Virus record (IMG/VR): IMGVR_UViG_3300033047_000037
Direction: 5' to 3' (one strand)
DNA length: 64,000 nt
DNA from: an uncultured virus (IMG/VR IMGVR_UViG_3300033047_000037)
Lineage: Duplodnaviria > Heunggongvirae > Uroviricota > Caudoviricetes
Every line of letters begins with the position of its first letter. Within the stretch, counting starts at the first letter, position 1. This document shows positions 56,765 through 64,000 of this stretch, piece by piece. The position numbers and the translations under genes were made by a program. The notes under the pieces were generated by a model. It saw only the letters and a list, made by a program, of their open reading frames with translations. It was not told where the DNA came from and ran no database searches.

Positions 56765-59401
56765 ATGAGCGTACCACAAAATGCAGACCTCTCTATAGTC
56801 TCACAGGCAGAAGCCGACCGTCACAAGATGGTCACAGACAACAATGACGCTCAAGGTGTGAAGGCATTTGTAACCAATCCTGATTCAAACTATGCCTTTT
56901 CTCATCCGAAGGTTCTTCAGCTTTCAGCGGACACGGCAAATAATGACGCTGTTCTCGCATACCGACTTCTAGTAGTAGAATCAGGCGGAAAAGCAAAGAC
57001 TCCAGATTTTGATTGGCATTCTGGTGTATTTTCTACTGGATCTAATCTTCGAGTAACTCATGATGGCTCATATTACTACCAATTTCGAACAATGTGGGAT
57101 GTCGGGTCATCAGGTTCTCTACCAGAAGGCACGACTATTATTGAGCTTCTTGAGATGTATTCTACTGCTGAATCCGCCATTGCAGCAGTGCAGAAGATTG
57201 CATTCTATATTCAAAAAAGCTCTGGCGTAAACCATTTAGTTTGCAAACTTGCTGAACCTAACTTTGGATACGAAAAACCAGATGAGCTATTGCAAAATGG
57301 TGTCTGGTATGATATCAGAATGAAGTACAAGCCAGAAACAGGAAGCTCAGCAAATGGAATATTGTTCGTTCAACAAAAGCTTGCATCGGCGGATACCTGG
57401 GTTACTCTAATAGACGTAACAAATCATACTCAGAATGCTGATATAATGTGGGTCGAATATCAGCACCTAGCCTCAAGCGGATCATCGGCAGGAGGCACTT
57501 CTTCTAAGACATGGATTGCCTCTAGCTATCAGAGGCTAGATGGCTTTGAGGCTGATGATTATGAATACAACAGATTTAGAACATCAACATGCATGGATGT
57601 CTCTTCATCTGTAGCGAAAATCAGAGTTCATTGTGATGACGAAACAATTGATACATCTTCTGGAGGGTTTATTGTTCAATACGGGACAAATGCAACTCTA
57701 TCATCAGGCGTTAGCGACTCATCTTATACAGCTTTTAGCGCTAGAACTCATGACTGCGCTACTGTATCTCTAACCTCATTATCTGCTGACACAAGATATT
57801 ATTACAGGGTAAAGTTTCAGGATGACGAAAGTTCTCCTACTAATACCTATACATCCCCAGAAATACGGTCATTCAAAACCCTGGCAACTGCTACTGGCGG
57901 AACTCGTAAAATACTAATTGGAGGATGCAGGGGGCATGCAGGGTGGAGAGGCGGCAACGCCGCTTTCGATCACTTAATAGCTATTGAAGGCACTCCTGAC
58001 ATGATGTTATTCAATGGAGACATGATATACGATACAGACCTAACGGAATTAGGATCAGGAAATAGCGACTATGAACTATGGGGCTTAACTGAGACCAATT
58101 ATTCATCGGCTTACAGGCTTTCATTTGGGGAATATGACTTCGCAAAAATACTTTCTGGTTGTGCTTTCTTTGGAATGTGCGAAGATCATGAGTTCTTTAA
58201 CTCATCCGATGGTAACATGCGAGGGCAAGCGGTCAATATGGGATTAGCAGTTGATAATGCCGGAGTCGCTTATCCTACCTCTCATATGAATACAACATAT
58301 TTAAACGGAGGAGGTTCTCCAGTTACAGCAGATGATGTATTTACTCTAGCTACAGATGTTATGGCGTCCTGGTGGGGAAATGGAACAATAGGCGCAGCCG
58401 ACTCTGGCTCAGGTCGAGATTATTATCGTTCGTTTGAACATGGAAATGTATTAGTTCTTATGCTAGATACCAGAACGAGAAGCACTGCAACTAAACTGAT
58501 TACATCAACACAAGAGACATGGATTCAAACAACCATAGCAGCTTCGTCTGCCAAGTATATTATTATTAGTAGTCCTGCTTCATGGGGAGACTATCTTATC
58601 AATATAAGCCCAGCCGAAGCGTGGGGAAGTAATGCCAGTCTCAGAGCGCAACGAACCAGTATATTTAACTGGATCAAAAATAATGCTTCTGATAGAGTTG
58701 TTTATCTTATAGGTGGGGACAGGCATGCTCCTTATGTTGCGTATCCTAGCGATCTAACCGGACCAGACGGTCCTTTGAAATTGATTGCAATGGCATCGCC
58801 GTTTAGCCAGATGAACCATTACAACACAAGCGATATTACCGCAATGGCATCTGACCCATCAGTTGTATCTGTTATAGATACCGATGATTATGATGGCTTA
58901 TCAATGGTTAGAACTTCTGGCCTATTAGTCTGTATTGACGAAGCAACGGACACCGTTCGCTTAGTTATGTATGATGATAATGGGAATATGCTAATAGATG
59001 AAAGCGACTCTTATGTAGAATCTATTGATTCAGGCGAAACATTTAGGGCCATATCAGCGACTACCGCTCCCTCGCATATCCCTTCTCCTACTTTTACTTT
59101 AGGAGGAGATAGCTATGCGACGAGATTTATTGATCCCAATATAGAATCTATGATAGAACGGCCTAGTTTCAATTCTCCTGTTACCATTTCCTTTGAAGAA
59201 GTAGCTAGCGATTATGAAATTAGATATACAACAAGCAATAGAAACCCGACGAGCGGCAGTAGGCTATATAGCGAACCAATTGTGTTAACAAGAAATCGCA
59301 CCGGCAGCGATAACACTGTTATCAAAGCCAGAATATTTCACAAAAACAATCCAAATATCCGTAGTCGCATAACAAGGTTGGACTTCAACGTAATTATGTA
59401 A
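56765..59401 (+). CDS. PhoD-type phosphatase with FN3-like domain and C-terminal FN3-associated/CHB_HEX_C-like module
   Basis: LSADTRYYYRV, NGDMIYD, EDHEF, LDTR, GDRH; tail IRYTT....P...S.LY..PI. Confidence 0.8.
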   Translation: MSVPQNADLSIVSQAEADRHKMVTDNNDAQGVKAFVTNPDSNYAFSHPKVLQLSADTANNDAVLAYRLLVVESGGKAKTPDFDWHSGVFSTGSNLRVTHDGSYYYQFRTMWDVGSSGSLPEGTTIIELLEMYSTAESAIAAVQKIAFYIQKSSGVNHLVCKLAEPNFGYEKPDELLQNGVWYDIRMKYKPETGSSANGILFVQQKLASADTWVTLIDVTNHTQNADIMWVEYQHLASSGSSAGGTSSKTWIASSYQRLDGFEADDYEYNRFRTSTCMDVSSSVAKIRVHCDDETIDTSSGGFIVQYGTNATLSSGVSDSSYTAFSARTHDCATVSLTSLSADTRYYYRVKFQDDESSPTNTYTSPEIRSFKTLATATGGTRKILIGGCRGHAGWRGGNAAFDHLIAIEGTPDMMLFNGDMIYDTDLTELGSGNSDYELWGLTETNYSSAYRLSFGEYDFAKILSGCAFFGMCEDHEFFNSSDGNMRGQAVNMGLAVDNAGVAYPTSHMNTTYLNGGGSPVTADDVFTLATDVMASWWGNGTIGAADSGSGRDYYRSFEHGNVLVLMLDTRTRSTATKLITSTQETWIQTTIAASSAKYIIISSPASWGDYLINISPAEAWGSNASLRAQRTSIFNWIKNNASDRVVYLIGGDRHAPYVAYPSDLTGPDGPLKLIAMASPFSQMNHYNTSDITAMASDPSVVSVIDTDDYDGLSMVRTSGLLVCIDEATDTVRLVMYDDNGNMLIDESDSYVESIDSGETFRAISATTAPSHIPSPTFTLGGDSYATRFIDPNIESMIERPSFNSPVTISFEEVASDYEIRYTTSNRNPTSGSRLYSEPIVLTRNRTGSDNTVIKARIFHKNNPNIRSRITRLDFNVIM

Positions 59402-60415
59402 TCACGAGCAGCCAGCATTGTAGTTATTTATCCATGCGGTAAAGTCGGCAGGTGTGACATATCCGTCTCTGTTTTGGTCAGCTATAGAATACTCGCTATT
59501 GAAGGCGCTAATCCATGCGGTAAAGTCAGATGGAGTAATGTTCCCATCTCTATTCGCATCTCCGAGGCAGGGATTGACCCCTGTGCGAGAGTCTTGTGAA
59601 ACAATATCCCAGATGGTATTCTCGATGTCAACAAAGGTTTGACGATCATAGCCGCCGTCGCCGAATTGTTCAATCCATACTTCGTGAAGACCGAATGGCG
59701 GGATGTCTAACAAAACAACAATCGTCGTAACGCTTGCCGCAAATCGACCCAAATCATACGACATATGTATCGAGTCACGATAAAGATCCTGTATCGAAGA
59801 AACGCCAAAGAGATTTCCTTCCGTAATTCTTGTATTCAATGCGTCGATTACCTGACCAACAGGAATAATCCGAATAGGTCTAACATGGCTTGACGTAAGC
59901 CTATTGTATAGGTGTACAAAATATTCGTCAGAAGCCGTAGTAGGCGTCATATCGCTATCTAAGACATCATTGTACCAGTCACCGTTGCTCATGAACCAAT
60001 CGGCTCCCCACGCCTGGTAGAGATATATGGTTGTGTCTGTGTTATTTGGATTCTGGTCTAATAGAACCGCAAAGTCTGAGAACACTTGTTCGTCTGAGCC
60101 CAGTGTCGAAGATTTCGACCAGAATGGTTGGGCAGTGACATAATCGAGATCTACCGTCAAGGCATCTAAATAGTAACCAAAGCCAGCTATCGGATCAATA
60201 CAGGTTTGTTCTGGGTTATTCCAGATGTCAATCAGCGATCGGTTGCAATTTATGTGGTGTCCTAGTGTAAGGGATATCCCTTGGCTTGATGCTATATTAT
60301 CGAGGAAAGTTGGGCTCGAATCCCATGTAAGGCTATTGCCTATGTGGTATCCAGTGGTTTGTGCTGAGCATATTGAGTTTATGGTCATAAGAAACAGGGG
60401 CAATAATCTCTTCAT
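59402..60415 (-). CDS. Secreted SGNH-like protein with planctomycete GC-type dockerin-like tail
   Basis: Signal peptide; IGNSLT, YRDSIH; GDANRDG.ITPSDFTAWI...DQNRDG.VTPADFTAWINNYNAGC. Confidence 0.75.
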   Translation of the reverse strand: MKRLLPLFLMTINSICSAQTTGYHIGNSLTWDSSPTFLDNIASSQGISLTLGHHINCNRSLIDIWNNPEQTCIDPIAGFGYYLDALTVDLDYVTAQPFWSKSSTLGSDEQVFSDFAVLLDQNPNNTDTTIYLYQAWGADWFMSNGDWYNDVLDSDMTPTTASDEYFVHLYNRLTSSHVRPIRIIPVGQVIDALNTRITEGNLFGVSSIQDLYRDSIHMSYDLGRFAASVTTIVVLLDIPPFGLHEVWIEQFGDGGYDRQTFVDIENTIWDIVSQDSRTGVNPCLGDANRDGNITPSDFTAWISAFNSEYSIADQNRDGYVTPADFTAWINNYNAGCS

Positions 60416-60598
60416 TGAAAAGTCCTTATTCTTTAGGATGAGAGTATCCTATCTTTACAGTTTTCAAGTTATGGTCATAATACCTTTTGTCCTTTCACCT
60501 GAAACTATCAAAGGTTTTACCTGATAAAAATAGAAAATACCCTAGTGTAGACTGAACTGGGACAATTAGGTCTCAAGATTTAGACAAGGAGCATAAAT

Positions 60599-63475
60599 TT
60601 GACTATTTCTCTTGCTGGTATGAGTACAAATGGCGGAATTTTAATACCGACAGCGCCTCCGCTTAATGGCAATAATGCTACAACCTTTTTATATGTATTC
60701 AGGTTCAACGATGCTCTTGATAAGTCATCTAGCACTATTCCTGGTGGTACTAATAGGATTATTTGTAATTATGCAAACACCGATGATTCGGCTCTCGTGT
60801 TGCTTGATCTGCATAACTCAGGCGGAACTGCTGTCAACCTAAGACTGTCAATGAATTACGGAGGTTTTGTATCTGCGACATTTTCTCGCGCTGAGGCAGG
60901 TATTGATGAATGGAATGATCTTAATGACAAATTCATAGTTGCAGCTATCCAATACAGAGGCGGAGCAACGGTACCTGTGGGATTTTTAGGTTTCCACGAT
61001 GGTTCTAGCACTACAAAAATATCAGAGAATTTTTCGGCAAATACTGGAAACCTAGGAGCAAGAGGCCCTTCTACTCAGGTTATATTTGGAACAACCGTCG
61101 ATGATACAGATAATCCATATACTGACTTTACCTTATGTTATATTTTTCATGGAGAGACCTGGGACACGGACGATTTTTCAGCAGTCTATGATACTTTGAT
61201 TGATAGCAGCGGTAATTTACTAAGCCTTGATGGGCCAGTCTATCTTAATAGCGGTAACAGGACGGGAGCGGGAGCTTGCGAATTTATTGGGCCTGTTCTA
61301 AAGCCCTCGTCATCTAGCTTCAATGTAACTCTTTACGGCGAAAATATAGTAACCGGCGATAATATCTTCTTTATAGATGATGACTCAGCTAGCATACAGG
61401 CAGGCGATTGTGTTGTGGTCGGTACTTCTGGTAATCCCGTATTGGTTGACCCCATTGCAGAAGGCTGGAATCGTGCGCCTGCATTAACGGGACCAACCCC
61501 TTCGGCGGGTGGCGAGCTTTATCCAAATACAAATGAGATTGTATCTTCTACTTATACTGGGGCAGTTCGAGCGATGGTTACGAGCAACTCTCGTGAGGCA
61601 AGATTGCATGGCTCATTCTCTAACTCAACCGCAGGCATTGCCCTCAACGTTCCTACGGACGCAAGTTATGATTCAACTCTGTATCCTAATGCGAAAAAAG
61701 CAGTTGGATCTAGCTTCTCTTGCGGTTTTGCTCTTGAGAAAATAGACGACATCATCGGCGAATATACTCTCTTTCCGCAAAAGGGACATGTAGATGGAAG
61801 CACTCAGCGACGAGCCTCAATAACTGTTGACGTAACGAACACTGCCGGTTCTCACAAAACTGGTACAATTATTGACGGGTCAGATACATCGTCTCCTCCC
61901 TTTGACGAAAATGCCAGCAAACTTGGGCTCTGGTCAGATTTTGGTCCTGGAACTTTCGAGGTTATAGGTTCAGGACAGCCAATACGTCTAGAGCCAGGAC
62001 AAGAGGCTGTATACTGGTATCACCCGGTTGGCGCTATGGATTTTAATCTTGATACAAACGATATTATACTGTCTGCCTTTGTTGCAACAATGCCTGGCGC
62101 TCCCACTCTTGAAATAAGTCATGTTGGAGACGGAGAAACGAACGCCACATATCCAGGCGCAACCTGGGACTTCGAAGCGACAGCAACTACCTTTAGTAGT
62201 TATGCAACAATTCAACGAGGAAGCAATAGTAATCCAACAGTAGACTTAGATGGAACGGCTGTTGTATTGCCTCCCGTAAGCACGATCGGAACTCAGCCAC
62301 AAGTCGGCGATATAATAATATTCGGATCAAGCGATTTCCCAGGTGCCATTGGTGGCAATATGGCGCTAAGTATTGTGGATACCGCAGCCGATGGTTCTGG
62401 AAACCTAACCGTAGAACATGAGCCAAGCATAAATAATGGAGCAACCGATCCTACGAGTCCAACCGCAAAATGGGGACCATATGGGGTTGTTAAACTTCAG
62501 GTAACTGCGTCAACAGGAGACGACGACCCTCGACCGTTTGTTGGCATAAGAATAAAGAACAAAAGCGACCAAACGCAAGACGCATTTATTCTTGGCGCTG
62601 GCATCGAAATGGTAGGCATCAATGGTCTTGTCCTTATCGGTACAGGTCAAGGCGGCGCAGGATATGTAAACATGGAGACATTTCGTTTCTCTACTCAGAA
62701 TTCAGATGGAGTCAGTCCTCATGGTCATCTTATAGGAGCCCTCAATCCTAGCGTAGCCTTTACTTTTCCTGCACAACAAGATAGCGTTCCAGCCGATACG
62801 CAAATCCATCTTAGTCTTATTGAAGAAACAATACCAGATATTGAACATGTATTGTGCCAGTCTATACGATGGCCTTCCCCTATTATAGGTAACTCAGGAA
62901 CAACCGATATATGGGGAGATTATTTCGCAGCATATGGCGGAAATAGCGTTTATGCAACTGAGCATGGAGCCCAGTCTAATCTCCTTACAGCTATACACGG
63001 ACAAGCTGCCGACCCTGATCACTTTGGACCTCCTGGCGTTGAACTCAATGCTGAATTACTGTTTGCTGGACTATTGACGTTACCCGTTTTCATTGTAGTT
63101 GTAGAAGAAGACGAGGCAAGAGAGATAACAGCAACCTTGGCTCCTACCCACACTCCTTCTCCTACTTTTACTTTAGGAGGCGGTAATTATGCGACGAGAT
63201 TCACTGATCCCAACATAGAATCTATGATAGAAAAGCCAAGTCTAAATGCTCCTGTTACCATTTCCTTTGAGTCCGTATCTGGCGATACAGAAATCCGCTA
63301 TACAGTAAACAACCGCAATCCAACAAGCAAGAGCTTGCTATATAGCGGCCCTTTCATTGTAAGTCGAAACTTAACAGGTGCCGATAATACGGTTATCAAG
63401 GCAAGGTTATATAACAAAAACAACCCCAATATACATAGCCGAATATCTAAGTTGGATTTCAACGTAGTTATGTAA
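60599..63475 (+). CDS. Large beta-rich, possibly virion-associated protein sharing its C-terminal module with 56765-59401
   Basis: 958 aa, G/S/T-rich; last 116 codons colinear with the PhoD protein tail. Confidence 0.75.
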   Translation: MTISLAGMSTNGGILIPTAPPLNGNNATTFLYVFRFNDALDKSSSTIPGGTNRIICNYANTDDSALVLLDLHNSGGTAVNLRLSMNYGGFVSATFSRAEAGIDEWNDLNDKFIVAAIQYRGGATVPVGFLGFHDGSSTTKISENFSANTGNLGARGPSTQVIFGTTVDDTDNPYTDFTLCYIFHGETWDTDDFSAVYDTLIDSSGNLLSLDGPVYLNSGNRTGAGACEFIGPVLKPSSSSFNVTLYGENIVTGDNIFFIDDDSASIQAGDCVVVGTSGNPVLVDPIAEGWNRAPALTGPTPSAGGELYPNTNEIVSSTYTGAVRAMVTSNSREARLHGSFSNSTAGIALNVPTDASYDSTLYPNAKKAVGSSFSCGFALEKIDDIIGEYTLFPQKGHVDGSTQRRASITVDVTNTAGSHKTGTIIDGSDTSSPPFDENASKLGLWSDFGPGTFEVIGSGQPIRLEPGQEAVYWYHPVGAMDFNLDTNDIILSAFVATMPGAPTLEISHVGDGETNATYPGATWDFEATATTFSSYATIQRGSNSNPTVDLDGTAVVLPPVSTIGTQPQVGDIIIFGSSDFPGAIGGNMALSIVDTAADGSGNLTVEHEPSINNGATDPTSPTAKWGPYGVVKLQVTASTGDDDPRPFVGIRIKNKSDQTQDAFILGAGIEMVGINGLVLIGTGQGGAGYVNMETFRFSTQNSDGVSPHGHLIGALNPSVAFTFPAQQDSVPADTQIHLSLIEETIPDIEHVLCQSIRWPSPIIGNSGTTDIWGDYFAAYGGNSVYATEHGAQSNLLTAIHGQAADPDHFGPPGVELNAELLFAGLLTLPVFIVVVEEDEAREITATLAPTHTPSPTFTLGGGNYATRFTDPNIESMIEKPSLNAPVTISFESVSGDTEIRYTVNNRNPTSKSLLYSGPFIVSRNLTGADNTVIKARLYNKNNPNIHSRISKLDFNVVM

Positions 63476-63494
63476 ATTATGATAGGATAATAAT

Positions 63495-63686
63495 ATGGAA
63501 TTAAGCCCTCCACCAGAGCAGATGCAGGAGCATATGCAAGAACCAGCGATTATCGTAGAAACCAATTGGTATGAACACCCCTCGGTAATCGGACCAATTC
63601 TGGCTGCGATAATCGCTGCGATTATTGGCCCCCTCATTGTTCTTCGAGTCAAGAACAAGGCTAATAAGCAATCTCCAAAAAACTAA
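63495..63686 (+). CDS. Small single-TM protein
   Basis: AGGA RBS; hydrophobic helix then basic tail. Confidence 0.65.
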   Translation: MELSPPPEQMQEHMQEPAIIVETNWYEHPSVIGPILAAIIAAIIGPLIVLRVKNKANKQSPKN

Positions 63687-63848
63687 CAAAAAACCAACAA
63701 AAAAGTAAACAACTTGAGCAGCATCGATAATACCGCCATCAAAGCAAGGATATTTAACAAAAACAAGCCTAATATACATAGCAAGCTATCGAAAATGGGC
63801 TTCAGTGTATCGTAGGCATGAAGAGTGAATACATTAGATTGGATTTAG

Positions 63849-64000
63849 ATGCTATTTAGACTTACTCAGGAAAAGGTCGTTTATATTATGCGGGGCATAT
63901 CTGGCTCCGGTAAATCGACTCTCTCTCAGCAATTGGGAGAGGGCGGTGCTATCTTTTCCACTGATGATTTCTTCATGGTCAACGGAGAATACCAATTCGA
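63849..64000 (+). CDS. P-loop kinase (AAA_33/polynucleotide-kinase-like), 3' truncated
   Basis: Manual translation MLFRLTQEKVVYIMRGISGSGKSTL...STDDFF. Confidence 0.8.
   Translation, partial: MLFRLTQEKVVYIMRGISGSGKSTLSQQLGEGGAIFSTDDFFMVNGEYQF

Noticed and set aside
63711..63815. Relic copy of the C-terminal module as a DGR template repeat
   Set aside because: Differences from 63368-63475 are not confined to adenines, and no reverse transcriptase is seen in the window.

Overview
This window looks like part of a large (jumbo-type) bacteriophage genome. A dockerin-like tail on one host-type gene hints at a Planctomycetota (Phycisphaerales-like) host. Layout: (i) 1-4.2 kb, A/C-rich block with four tandem HRxDGPA-repeat genes and tandem repeats; (ii) 3.9-5.3 kb, motif-dense origin-like locus around an ABC/AAA-type ATPase; (iii) 6.3-51.3 kb, an all-plus-strand 'early' region of about 100 mostly small ORFs (RadA-like, DUF932-like, GHKL ATPase, metallophosphoesterase, vWA-TerD-TerB-Ca exchanger cluster, DnaJ, HTH), nine tRNAs, a tRNA-like RNA with a giant anticodon arm, an HNH gene inserted in a tRNA-Met, and a ~1.24 kb ORF-poor structured RNA; (iv) 51.7-64 kb, mixed-strand genes including a PhoD-type phosphatase and a second large protein with the same C-terminal module. 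The strongest hidden structure is a three-motif grammar confined to 4-51.4 kb. TTCACATGC occurs about 56 times and in 20 cases lies exactly 33 nt before an SD-less ATG, which suggests a phage promoter driving leaderless mRNAs. AGATCGGTGCA occurs about 28 times, all on the plus strand. CAC(T/C)GAAT(G) occurs about 19 times. From 38.7 to 51.4 kb these motifs build a regular array of mostly one-gene cassettes (hairpin, AGATCGGTGCA, promoter, RBS, orphan gene). All counts are manual, and family names come from motif recognition, not database searches.
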